A stretch of DNA of 27,106 nucleotides from Marine Group I thaumarchaeote (GCA_044358425.1 CP054849.1:745399-772504), one strand, 5' to 3'. Shown: positions 1 through 8,811, counted from the first letter of the stretch. Numbers and translations: made by a program. Notes: generated by a model not told the origin, from the letters alone.

Positions 1-135
1 TTGGTTAGATAGGGGAATATGTTGAATACCTTTCATTCTAATTTCAGATGATTAAAACGGTTTGACATCTGAAATGGATTGCTGATACCAATTAACATTA
101 CAAACATTATTCTGTGCACATAATAAAAAAAAGAT

Positions 136-411
136 ATGTCAAAAATGATATTCATTAAAGAAATTATCAGTATAGAAAAAGAACCAAGATTATGTCCAAC
201 ATGTGAAAAACCCGATAGATTAGAGTCAGGTTTGATCAGAGAAGATAGGTCATCAGGAAGAACAATTCTATGTACAAGATGTGAAGCATTGATTGTGATT
301 ACAACAGACAAAATAATCAAACCAGAATTATCATCAACTAAAGATGATACAATTTTGCTAAAAGAGCCACACCTAATCCGACAAGTATCAACTTTTAATC
401 ATCTTATGTGA
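136..411 (+). CDS. Small Zn-ribbon-like hypothetical protein
   Basis: 91 aa ORF with two CxxC pairs (CPTC, CTRC). Confidence 0.75.
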   Translation: MSKMIFIKEIISIEKEPRLCPTCEKPDRLESGLIREDRSSGRTILCTRCEALIVITTDKIIKPELSSTKDDTILLKEPHLIRQVSTFNHLM

Positions 412-423
412 AATAAAATTTGG

Positions 424-720
424 ATGGATTCCAATTCATTTGATTCGGTTGACTATTTAATTTTGGCATCAATTACACAAGGTGTAACAAAATATACCAG
501 TATTTTTAAAAACTGCAAAAAAACAAATGCTGCAAAATTCAGAGATCATGTAAATAAATTAGAAGATGTCAATTTGATTACAATAGATAAAAGTGAGAAT
601 TGGTTTACAAGAAATACAAACCCTTCAATAATTTTGAAAGACGAAGGAAAAAGATTTGTTAAAGAACATTCAACAAAAATTAATCAAGAATGGGAATTAT
701 TTAAAATGAAAAATAATTGA
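424..720 (+). CDS. Putative winged-helix DNA-binding protein
   Basis: Pattern DYLILASI...HVNKLEDVNLI...ILKDEGKRFV resembles wHTH proteins; starts 12 bp after the previous ORF. Confidence 0.6.
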   Translation: MDSNSFDSVDYLILASITQGVTKYTSIFKNCKKTNAAKFRDHVNKLEDVNLITIDKSENWFTRNTNPSIILKDEGKRFVKEHSTKINQEWELFKMKNN

Positions 721-725
721 TGAAA

Positions 726-974
726 TCAATTGTCAGATTTTGATAGTAATTCCTTTATCACATAACCTCTGACATTTGCAAACTCCCATTCCTTCAAATT
801 TGCCAGACGACATTCTTCCTTAATTATCAAACCTGCAAGTCCATCACTCCAGATATGACGTTTTACATCATAAACTTCAACAATTTTACCATGTTTTGTA
901 ATTTTAATAGCACCATGACAACGCTTGATTATTTTTAATGCCACTTTAGCATAAATTTTTTCAAAATTTGTCAT
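726..974 (-). CDS. Hypothetical protein
   Basis: 82 aa ORF, convergent with 424..720, protein-like composition. Confidence 0.7.
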   Translation of the reverse strand: MTNFEKIYAKVALKIIKRCHGAIKITKHGKIVEVYDVKRHIWSDGLAGLIIKEECRLANLKEWEFANVRGYVIKELLSKSDN

Positions 975-1056
975 ATCATAGTAGGAATTATTTCATTTCA
1001 AAAAGCTTCTGTTTATTCATTCAATAGCAATATACATCACATTAGTCAATCATGGA

Positions 1057-1123
1057 TGCTGATGATTAATCAAACTCTCTAAGCTATACTGATAAAATGA
1101 TGAGCATTGCCGAATTATGAAGC
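1057..1123 (+). ncRNA. Box C/D-like guide sRNA, copy 1
   Basis: C TGATGA 1060-1065, D' CTGA 1089-1092, C' ATGATGA 1097-1103, D variant ATGA 1117-1120, terminal GCT/AGC pairing, T-run after; intergenic; paralog at 13741. Confidence 0.8.
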
Positions 1124-1137
1124 GTTTTTAAAAATAA

Positions 1138-1350
1138 TTAAGAGTGATCATGACCACAATCACAGCCATGATCATCACTTTGAAGTGATCTTAGTTTGGT
1201 AATTGTCTCATCATGGATTTTTAGCAAATCAGTTACCTGATTTTTCAAGTTTTCATCATTCCAGTTTTCTTTCTCTAATGAACGAACTGTTTCAATTATT
1301 TCAAGATCAGTATTCAATATACTATCCATTAATTCTTCTTGTTGATTCAT
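1138..1350 (-). CDS. Small helical protein with Cys/His-rich tail
   Basis: 70 aa ending DDHGCDCGHDHS; follows the DUF151 gene on the same strand. Confidence 0.7.
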   Translation of the reverse strand: MNQQEELMDSILNTDLEIIETVRSLEKENWNDENLKNQVTDLLKIHDETITKLRSLQSDDHGCDCGHDHS

Positions 1351-1393
1351 AATCTATCATCAAGATACTAAGAAAAAAACCATTCGAATTGAA

Positions 1394-1819
1394 TTATGCT
1401 TCCATTTGTTCTTTCAATAATTTTTTTCTTACCAATATTGGAATTTTATAATATGCACCCAAAGCCATTGCATCAGAAGCCCTATGATTTTTCAAAACTA
1501 AATCCTTCTTACCAGTAAAGTATAGATTTGCTCGTAAAACATCACCACTTTCATAAATTTTGACTTTTACAAGAGAAATTTCATTTTGTTCACAAATTTC
1601 CTCAATCATTCGATATATTGACGGAGATTGTTCACCGTCAGGTTCATCAAAACTTGAGATATGTTTTGCAACTTCACCAGAAAACGCACGCATGTGAAAT
1701 TCTTTACCATTGTCTGCTTTTAGAACAACCATTCCTTCTAAAGCATAAGGATCCACAAAGCCCACATAAGTAATTTTTACAGAATCATAATCAGGATCAG
1801 GAGCTTGATCAATTTCCAT
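1394..1819 (-). CDS. Bifunctional nuclease family (DUF151) protein
   Basis: VVLK strand, RASDAMALG motif (family consensus RPSDAIALA), C-terminal PILV. Confidence 0.85.
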   Translation of the reverse strand: MEIDQAPDPDYDSVKITYVGFVDPYALEGMVVLKADNGKEFHMRAFSGEVAKHISSFDEPDGEQSPSIYRMIEEICEQNEISLVKVKIYESGDVLRANLYFTGKKDLVLKNHRASDAMALGAYYKIPILVRKKLLKEQMEA

Positions 1820-1950
1820 GGTTTTACGCTTAAAGTTGGCAGATATTATTTATAAAGATAGCAAAAGATATGGATCAAAAAATAGTTCATAAATTATTAC
1901 TTAATTACGCCGACCCCAAATTATTTAAAATCCCGATATAAGGAAGCTTA

Positions 1951-3765
1951 ATGTCTACAAACCCAGAAAAAGCAGTTACTTACGTCCTAAGTAAAAATGT
2001 GACAGAATATATGGACAAAGATGTTTTGATGTTGGATCTAAAAACACTAACAAGGGAAGCAGCTACTATGTTACGTAATTATGAAACAGATGACATTGTG
2101 GTTGTAGATTCTAAAAAATTCCCAGTAGGAATTGTTACAGATGAAGATATTCTAAGTAAAGTTAGTGATGCAACCGTATATGCAGAATCTACCACATTAG
2201 AGCAAATAATGAGTAAACCACTTATCACAATTAATGAAAAATCAACATTGCAAGATGCATTGCACATTATGCGAGACAACAATGTTAGAAAACTTCCAGT
2301 TGTTTCAAAAAAGAATCAAGTTCTTGGAATGATTCTTCAATCAACTATAGCAAATATTATCAGAAATGCAACATCAACTACGCCTCGACTTTTGAGTCCA
2401 CCAGTAAAAGCAGTTTTAGGAAACCTGGGATTTGTGTTACAATTTGCAGGAGTATTACTGCTTGTTCCAGCAGTTGTTGCCACATTACTTGAAGATACTG
2501 TTACAGCATCAGGAATTTACTTAACTACTGTGTTATTGCTTGTTACGGGATTTTTCTTGAATTCCTATGGTGAAAAATCAAGTCTTAATTTACAACAAGC
2601 GTCAATACTGGTGTTTTCAAGTTTATTCTTACTGTCGTTATTTGGAACAATACCATATCTGTACGTATTTCCAAGTAATGAAACAAATGTTCAGGTATTT
2701 GCTGATGCATTCTTTTCCAGTGCAGCAGGATTCACAACAGGAGGAATTTCGTTATTTGATGAACCTGAAAAGCTAACTCAAAGTTTCACATTTTTTAGAA
2801 GTTATACACAGTTAGTCGGAGGAATGAGTTTCATTTACTTAGTAATCACTGCATTTTATCCAGAATCAAAATTACAAGCTATGCGTGGTTTTATTTCTGG
2901 AAAGACACTTCACATGAAAGAACTTTTCCTTACGATTACAGTCATTTTTGCAATTTATATCGTAATTGTTGCATTCTTGTTGTATTTATTCGGAGAAAGA
3001 AACATCATAGATAATTTTTCTCTGGCGATGAGTACATTGTCTACTGGAGGATTTACACCGACATCTACAATTCTTGAAGATTTGTTATGGCAAGAACATA
3101 TTGTATTAATGGGTGCAATGATACTAGGAGCTTTACCATTTACATTCCACTATGCATTTGTAAGAAAAAAATTCTTGTCTCCAAAATTAGGAAAAGAGGT
3201 ATTAGCATATTTTGCAATTTTAGGGGGAGCGACGTTATTGTTTGTAGCAATTAGTGGATTGGATCCTATGGAAGGCGTATTTTATTCAGTATCTGCCAGT
3301 ACAACAGCAGGACTACAAATGGATAGTTTAGCCGGTCTTAGCGGTGGCGCACATTCAATTCTAATAATTTTGATGTTTATTGGAGGATGTGGATTTTCAA
3401 CAGCAGGAGGCTTAAAGATTTTCAGATTATTTCATCTCAAAGATATCAAATCATTTATTTCAAAAGTAGGAAGATCAAAACTAAGTGATCAAAGTAAAAA
3501 AGAAATAATTTCCACATTAATCATAATTGCACTATTTCCAACAATTTCTGCAATTACAGGAGCACATCTTGCAGCAATTGAAGATGTTCCATTTCAAGAT
3601 GCATTTTTTGAAGCAGCAGGGATTATCACCACTGGAGGATTGTCTGCAGGAGTAATCGACAAAGATACTGATCCAGCTACGATGATAGTATTAGGATTTT
3701 TAATGATTTTTGGAAGATTAGAAATTATAGCAATTATCTATATTTTTGTGCCTAGACTCAGTTAA
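1951..3765 (+). CDS. trkH: TrkH/TrkG-type K+ transporter with N-terminal CBS pair
   Basis: CBS motifs (VGIVTDEDIL, IMSKPLITI, VRKLPVV); four P-loops FTTGG, LSTGG, STTAG, ITTGG; GGCGFSTAGGLKIFR; MIFGRLEI. Confidence 0.92.
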   Translation: MSTNPEKAVTYVLSKNVTEYMDKDVLMLDLKTLTREAATMLRNYETDDIVVVDSKKFPVGIVTDEDILSKVSDATVYAESTTLEQIMSKPLITINEKSTLQDALHIMRDNNVRKLPVVSKKNQVLGMILQSTIANIIRNATSTTPRLLSPPVKAVLGNLGFVLQFAGVLLLVPAVVATLLEDTVTASGIYLTTVLLLVTGFFLNSYGEKSSLNLQQASILVFSSLFLLSLFGTIPYLYVFPSNETNVQVFADAFFSSAAGFTTGGISLFDEPEKLTQSFTFFRSYTQLVGGMSFIYLVITAFYPESKLQAMRGFISGKTLHMKELFLTITVIFAIYIVIVAFLLYLFGERNIIDNFSLAMSTLSTGGFTPTSTILEDLLWQEHIVLMGAMILGALPFTFHYAFVRKKFLSPKLGKEVLAYFAILGGATLLFVAISGLDPMEGVFYSVSASTTAGLQMDSLAGLSGGAHSILIILMFIGGCGFSTAGGLKIFRLFHLKDIKSFISKVGRSKLSDQSKKEIISTLIIIALFPTISAITGAHLAAIEDVPFQDAFFEAAGIITTGGLSAGVIDKDTDPATMIVLGFLMIFGRLEIIAIIYIFVPRLS

Positions 3766-3800
3766 GATAGAATTTAATTTCACACCAAAATCAAGACATC

Positions 3801-4625
3801 ATGGAACAATCTAGCCTAATCAACAAAGGAAAAAAAATGATAATTTTAGGATTTACGATTATAGGAGTTTTGTTTGTGTTGTATGGAAGATATCAGGATC
3901 CAGAACTTTTGACACCTAGTGCAATTGATACAATTCAAAGAATTGCATACGGGTTTTACATCACATTGGTAGCAGCATTTGGTGCAATTGCTATTGGAAT
4001 TTTTAGATATCATAAAGGAAAAGTTGAAACAAATGGGAAGGATCTTTCAACAATTATTGCATTGGTAACTTGGAGCTTAAAATCAAGAAAGATCTTTTTA
4101 TCAACATTTGTTGGATATGGAATATTTTTTGCATTAATTTCAGGAACATTAGTGTATCAACCGGAAATTAATTTTGTGACACATTACGGAGCAGTAATTC
4201 CATCAGGATTTATCGCACCATGTTGTGATGAACCAGGATATATGCCAAAAATTATAGTTTACATAACAGAACATATTGGTTTACAAATTATTCCAATTAA
4301 TTTAGTACTGCAAATTATTGTTTCATATTTAGTTGGACTTAACGTTTCAATTGCAGTAACAGCATATTCGATATCAAAGAAAGGAGGAGGAATCAGCACT
4401 ATTGGTGCAGCAACAGGATTGTTTATTGCATGTCCAACATGTGCTGGAACATTTTTATCAATTTTCATAGGAACTGCAAGTGGAATTGCATTGTCTGTAG
4501 CACTTTCACAGATGCAGACATTTTTGATTGGAGTCTCAATTCCCATTTTGATTGTAACCCCATATCTAATGGCAAGAAAATTAAGAAATGCCGATGGAAG
4601 TTGTAAAATTAATTTTGAGAGATGA
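3801..4625 (+). CDS. Multi-pass membrane protein with CC and CxxC motifs
   Basis: About 6 hydrophobic segments; APCCDEPG, ACPTCAG. Confidence 0.85.
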   Translation: MEQSSLINKGKKMIILGFTIIGVLFVLYGRYQDPELLTPSAIDTIQRIAYGFYITLVAAFGAIAIGIFRYHKGKVETNGKDLSTIIALVTWSLKSRKIFLSTFVGYGIFFALISGTLVYQPEINFVTHYGAVIPSGFIAPCCDEPGYMPKIIVYITEHIGLQIIPINLVLQIIVSYLVGLNVSIAVTAYSISKKGGGISTIGAATGLFIACPTCAGTFLSIFIGTASGIALSVALSQMQTFLIGVSIPILIVTPYLMARKLRNADGSCKINFER

Positions 4626-4869
4626 ATGCCTTGACTTCAGGAATTTTATAATTCCCGATATCATATCCGTCTCGTCGAAGGTATTTCAAAGATAATTTGT
4701 AAATTAATTCATCATGATCAACTACATCCATAATCTCACTCCATAGAATTTTCTGATTATTTTTGATATTTTCTTTAAATTGAGGAATTAGTGATTCAGC
4801 GATAGATTTGCACTCTTCCATTGTTTTCCCGTTTTTGTAGGCACGAACTCGACGGTCACATGAATCCAT
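4609..4869 (-). CDS. Hypothetical protein
   Basis: 86 aa ORF with short tail-to-tail overlap with 3801..4625. Confidence 0.7.
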   Translation of the reverse strand: MDSCDRRVRAYKNGKTMEECKSIAESLIPQFKENIKNNQKILWSEIMDVVDHDELIYKLSLKYLRRDGYDIGNYKIPEVKAFISQN

Positions 4870-4947
4870 AATTAAAAGTCCTAAAAATAGTAAATAAACC
4901 TAATTTGAAAAGATTGTAACAAATACAAGGAATAACCAAATTAATGA

Positions 4948-5202
4948 ATGGTAATTAGTTCTGCTCAAGAATATGTCGAATTTTTTATCAATTTGAACAT
5001 GGGAAATGAGGTAAGTTTGTTACGATTTATCAATAATGAAAAAATGACATTAAAGCAAAAATTGAAAAATAAAATTAATGAAAAAGAGCCAATTGAAAAA
5101 GGTATCAATATTTTAGAATCAATAATTAAGGAAATTTCCGAAAATGGAGAACCAAAAGTGTTAAGCAAATATCAAATATCAAATGAGAGAAAACATGGAT
5201 AA
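4948..5202 (+). CDS. Hypothetical protein
   Basis: 84 aa ORF; stop overlaps the start of the next gene. Confidence 0.7.
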   Translation: MVISSAQEYVEFFINLNMGNEVSLLRFINNEKMTLKQKLKNKINEKEPIEKGINILESIIKEISENGEPKVLSKYQISNERKHG

Positions 5203-5761
5203 AAATTCAGAAATTATCAGAACAGAAGTTATTAGAATTTTAAATGAAAGTGGAAAAATTCGAAGTAATGAATTAGCAAAAAGAGTTATCAAAAAAGTAG
5301 GTAATGAAAAAACAGTCTATAGAGAAATAGGTCAATTAGTAGAATCAGGGGAAATTGCACGGACCATACACAGTAGGTCACATATTGAATATGAATTAAT
5401 TAATTTATACGAATCCGTTAATAATCAATTAAAGAATTTGTATAGTGAAGTAAACTTAATTTTTGAAGAAATAGAAAAATTTGAACAAATTAGTAAGGAA
5501 AAGGATTTTTCTCAACTTGAGCGCTTAAGAAATACAATTGATCTAATACATGCAATACAATCAGCAGATAGCATCATAAAATTACTATCGTATTATCCCA
5601 CATTCAAAAAAGATCAGATGTTTTCACAAGTTAAAAGAAGAATTAGTGATTGTTGGGAAAGGATGATGAATAGTATAATACATCAACCTGAAGAAGATTT
5701 TTTGAATGAAATAATTAATAATTTGCAAATTGGAAGAAAAAATCAAAATCACGTAAATTAA
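5183..5761 (+). CDS. N-terminal wHTH plus helical domain protein (start may be ATG 5195)
   Basis: VIRILNESGKIRSNELAK...TVYREIGQLVESGEI...IEYEL is wHTH-like. Confidence 0.75.
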   Translation: MRENMDKNSEIIRTEVIRILNESGKIRSNELAKRVIKKVGNEKTVYREIGQLVESGEIARTIHSRSHIEYELINLYESVNNQLKNLYSEVNLIFEEIEKFEQISKEKDFSQLERLRNTIDLIHAIQSADSIIKLLSYYPTFKKDQMFSQVKRRISDCWERMMNSIIHQPEEDFLNEIINNLQIGRKNQNHVN

Positions 5762-6030
5762 TAATTTTTTAATTTATTCAAAACAATTTTAAAAATTGAG
5801 TCATTATCTAACAACACGTAAGGCAGATCATTTTCCTCACAGGCTTGACCACTTTCAGTATCACGAGTAACCAAAATCATATTATTTTCTTTAGCATAAT
5901 TTATCACCGAATAATCTGTTCTTAATTTGTGGCCATCCATGCGTAATTTTTTAACACTATAAGCATCAAATCCCAATTCCTTAAGTTTCTCATCCCAACC
6001 ATCATCCATTTCATCAATTAAAATTTTCAT
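5758..6030 (-). CDS. PIN-like protein (DUF5615/Mut7-C type)
   Basis: MKILIDEM, LKELGFD, DYSVINYAKENNMILVTRD match the family pattern. Confidence 0.85.
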   Translation of the reverse strand: MKILIDEMDDGWDEKLKELGFDAYSVKKLRMDGHKLRTDYSVINYAKENNMILVTRDTESGQACEENDLPYVLLDNDSIFKIVLNKLKNY

Positions 6031-6174
6031 ATAATCATAAAATTATTTTACAATATTAGTGTAATACGCACAGTTTTAAAAAATTACAAAATAAATTGAA
6101 AAAAGATTTTTTTAAGCTAAATCATGAGAAAATTTTACATTGGACATGTAATAATAATTTTTTAATTTGAGTTA

Positions 6175-6408
6175 ATGTCAAAAATAGAAGCATACGACAT
6201 CAAAGCAAGAAAAAAAGTAACCATGAACAATCCAAGACCATATCTAATGAAAAATGGTTCATGGGCATTAAAAGGAACTAGTTCAGAAACCGGAATATCA
6301 CTATTTAGAATAGTGGGTAGAAATAAACCAAAAATTTCTCAATCCCGATTTGAATCATTCAAAAATTTGTTTGTAAGCAGACAATGTGAATGTGAAAAAA
6401 TCTGCTAG
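6175..6408 (+). CDS. Zn-less DUF5679/CC1-like small basic protein
   Basis: AYDIKAR...PYLMKNG..ALKGTSSETGISLFRIVG aligns by eye with the Zn-ribbon protein at 22816 but lacks its four Cys. Confidence 0.75.
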   Translation: MSKIEAYDIKARKKVTMNNPRPYLMKNGSWALKGTSSETGISLFRIVGRNKPKISQSRFESFKNLFVSRQCECEKIC

Positions 6409-6462
6409 TTTTGATTTTTTTAAGATTAAAAATTTAATTAAAGAAAATTTGTTTAGCAAGTA

Positions 6463-6732
6463 ATGAAGAATTTAACAGATAATAGAATTAGGAAAATAAT
6501 TTTAACAGAGTTTTATAAAAGATCCCAATCAAAATCAGATAATCCTAAACTTCACATGTACAATTTTCCAGAATTAAAAGAAACAGATAATGAAAGAATT
6601 TTTGAAAATGTCAAATTTTTGATTAATAAAAATTTGGTTAGAGGAGGAATTGATCAAGATGAAAAGCAATCTTTTCCATGGATTAGCAGATTGACGCCAT
6701 TAGGAACAAAATTGATAGAAGATAAAAAATAA
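6463..6732 (+). CDS. Putative winged-helix protein
   Basis: RKIILTEFY...NVKFLINKNLVRG...RLTPLGTKLIE. Confidence 0.7.
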   Translation: MKNLTDNRIRKIILTEFYKRSQSKSDNPKLHMYNFPELKETDNERIFENVKFLINKNLVRGGIDQDEKQSFPWISRLTPLGTKLIEDKK

Positions 6733-6795
6733 TGAATAAACTAGTTCAAAAATAAAATGATCAAGTACTTATTTCTAAAAACATAACAATAATCA

Positions 6796-7032
6796 ATGGA
6801 TGAAAAAAAAGAGGATAAATCAGAAGAATCAAAACAAAATCACAGAATTTACTACAAATCATTGACAAAAATTATTGCAGATATGGAACAGGAAATAAAC
6901 AGTGATGGGGAACCTGCAGTTAAAGAGCATCTTAAAAGTAGAATTGATGCAATTGAAAAAGACAGAAAGAGGATTAGAGAGTTATTTCCAGATATGACAA
7001 AGGAAGAATGGGATAATGACAACACCAACTGA
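6796..7032 (+). CDS. Hypothetical coiled-coil protein
   Basis: 78 aa charged helical ORF. Confidence 0.7.
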   Translation: MDEKKEDKSEESKQNHRIYYKSLTKIIADMEQEINSDGEPAVKEHLKSRIDAIEKDRKRIRELFPDMTKEEWDNDNTN

Positions 7033-7222
7033 AAAAAATCACAATAAACATCTAGATTTACTACATGATTACAAAATACATCTAATAAAACAGGTTCAAG
7101 AATTAGAAAAAATGGATAAAAAATCAGAGTTTTTAAAAAAATGGAATGAAACCACCATAAAAGATAGAAAAAAAGAGATTCAAGTAATTGATAAAATTTT
7201 AAAAAATATGATTAGATTTTAA
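7016..7222 (+). CDS. Hypothetical coiled-coil protein
   Basis: 68 aa ORF overlapping the end of the upstream gene by 17 bp. Confidence 0.65.
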   Translation: MTTPTEKNHNKHLDLLHDYKIHLIKQVQELEKMDKKSEFLKKWNETTIKDRKKEIQVIDKILKNMIRF

Positions 7223-7572
7223 TCATGATATTTTTGTGTTAAATCATAAATAGAATTACAAATAATATCCATATGTTCAATTGAAACACCATCAATCCAA
7301 ATTACTTCTTCATCGATACTAAAGTCATATAATACATTTTTAAAATTTGAATTTACAAATATTTTTTCATCATGGATTAATTTCATTATTTCATTTAATT
7401 CAAGTTTTGAAAAAACATAATTGCATGTCATCAAATCGACATTTACAGAATAATTTCCATGTAATGGATTAATTTTAGATTTAATGAAAGGTTTGTTTTG
7501 TTGTTGACATTCTCTGTAATGTTTATCATATTCAAACATTTTAGAGTCTGCAAGATATTTATGAAAAGTCAT
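7219..7572 (-). CDS. Hypothetical protein
   Basis: 117 aa ORF following 7604..7984 on the same strand. Confidence 0.7.
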   Translation of the reverse strand: MTFHKYLADSKMFEYDKHYRECQQQNKPFIKSKINPLHGNYSVNVDLMTCNYVFSKLELNEIMKLIHDEKIFVNSNFKNVLYDFSIDEEVIWIDGVSIEHMDIICNSIYDLTQKYHD

Positions 7573-7603
7573 GACTTCTAAAAATTTTAATTAGAATTAA
7601 GAA

Positions 7604-7984
7604 TTAGATGTCTGAAGTAATTTTTTTAATTTTAGTAATTAATTTTATTTTTGTACTCATTGGGGTTTCAGGCTCCATTGTGAAAAATACAATATTTCGT
7701 TTTGTGTAAATAACAAGTTGTGAAACTTTTTCTCTTTCTACGTGAATGTATCTAACTTTGCCTAAAGAACGATCAAATTCTTTTCTCATGGTACGTCTTT
7801 GTGCCACTTGTTGACAAAAATGCTCTTCTTCTTTTTGAGAATTTAGACTGGTTTGACCTTTTTTCATTATACCCTCTCGAATATTGCCTTTAGAATCAAT
7901 TATTGCGGCAAATCTCATTTTTGAGTTTAAACTAACAATTTCTTCAACAAGTTCAAGAAGATCAATTTTCTTTTTTATGGCCAC
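7604..7984 (-). CDS. Roadblock-like protein (DUF6659-like)
   Basis: MRFAAIIDSKGNI...RKEFDRSLGKVRYIHVEREKV; GTG start. Confidence 0.8.
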   Translation of the reverse strand: MAIKKKIDLLELVEEIVSLNSKMRFAAIIDSKGNIREGIMKKGQTSLNSQKEEEHFCQQVAQRRTMRKEFDRSLGKVRYIHVEREKVSQLVIYTKRNIVFFTMEPETPMSTKIKLITKIKKITSDI

Positions 7985-8078
7985 AATTCAGCATAGAATT
8001 TGTCAAATATAAGCCCTTAAAATTAAAAACAGTGCATAGCAAATGGGTATTTATTAATTGTAAATTTAATTAAAAATT

Positions 8079-8303
8079 GTGAGAACAGGGACACCATGGA
8101 TGATAATAGGTGGAAGCATGTTCATTTTAGGATTAATTTTATTTTATTCAATTAATTCTGAAGATAATGTAAATTTAGAAACCATAAAAAATATTGGGAC
8201 ATTTGTAGGCCTAACAGGTATTGGAGTAGCAGTTGCAGGAATTTTACTATTTTTAATTAACAGAAATCCTCAACCAATTAATGAAAATTACGATACAAAA
8301 TAA
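8079..8303 (+). CDS. Small two-TM membrane protein
   Basis: Two hydrophobic segments; GTG start. Confidence 0.7.
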   Translation: MRTGTPWMIIGGSMFILGLILFYSINSEDNVNLETIKNIGTFVGLTGIGVAVAGILLFLINRNPQPINENYDTK

Positions 8304-8383
8304 TTTCTACACATTACTAATTTTAAAAGAAAATACCATTGTAAAAAATAAACTATAATAGTACAAAAAAAAGAATCTGGTAA

Positions 8384-8806
8384 ATGTCTGAAAAAATATG
8401 GTTAGGAGGAATTTATCTTAAAGAAGAAGGTGGATATAAAATAATTTTAAAATCGTTAACTCATTATAAGAAAAGATTACAAACAATCCACTCCAGTCCA
8501 GAAGTAAAACAAGCAGCAGCAATGTTTGCTCCAGTATTACAATCACAAGCTAAAAAAAGAATTCCAATGATAGAAAGCACGAAAGAAAATATTGAAAAAT
8601 TTTTACTTGGTTCAAAAGCAACAGAAGAATTAGAACAAAATCTAGAGATTATACAAAAAGCATTAGAATGTAGAAAATCGGATATCGAAAAGGCAGAAAG
8701 TACATCTGAGGACTATTTTATAAAATTGATAAAGGATGTTGAAGAATCTAAAAAAGATTTACCAGACATAGAGAATGCATTGTTAAAAATTAAGTCATAT
8801 AGTTAA
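8384..8806 (+). CDS. Hypothetical helical protein
   Basis: 140 aa ORF with typical composition. Confidence 0.75.
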   Translation: MSEKIWLGGIYLKEEGGYKIILKSLTHYKKRLQTIHSSPEVKQAAAMFAPVLQSQAKKRIPMIESTKENIEKFLLGSKATEELEQNLEIIQKALECRKSDIEKAESTSEDYFIKLIKDVEESKKDLPDIENALLKIKSYS

Positions 8807-8811
8807 TAATT

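Noticed and set aside
33-320. Track ORF on the minus strand
   Set aside because: Antisense shadow of the Zn-ribbon gene 136..411; no recognisable motifs.
1069-1080. D' guide of sRNA copy 1 is complementary to AGAGAGUUUGA, resembling the bacterial 16S 5' end
   Set aside because: Short AT-rich match; the archaeal 16S 5' end differs and the match is not adjacent to box D'. Most likely chance.
6135-6151. TTACAT-N5-ATGTAA inverted repeat upstream of the CC1-like gene
   Set aside because: Six-bp AT-rich arms are expected by chance at this composition.
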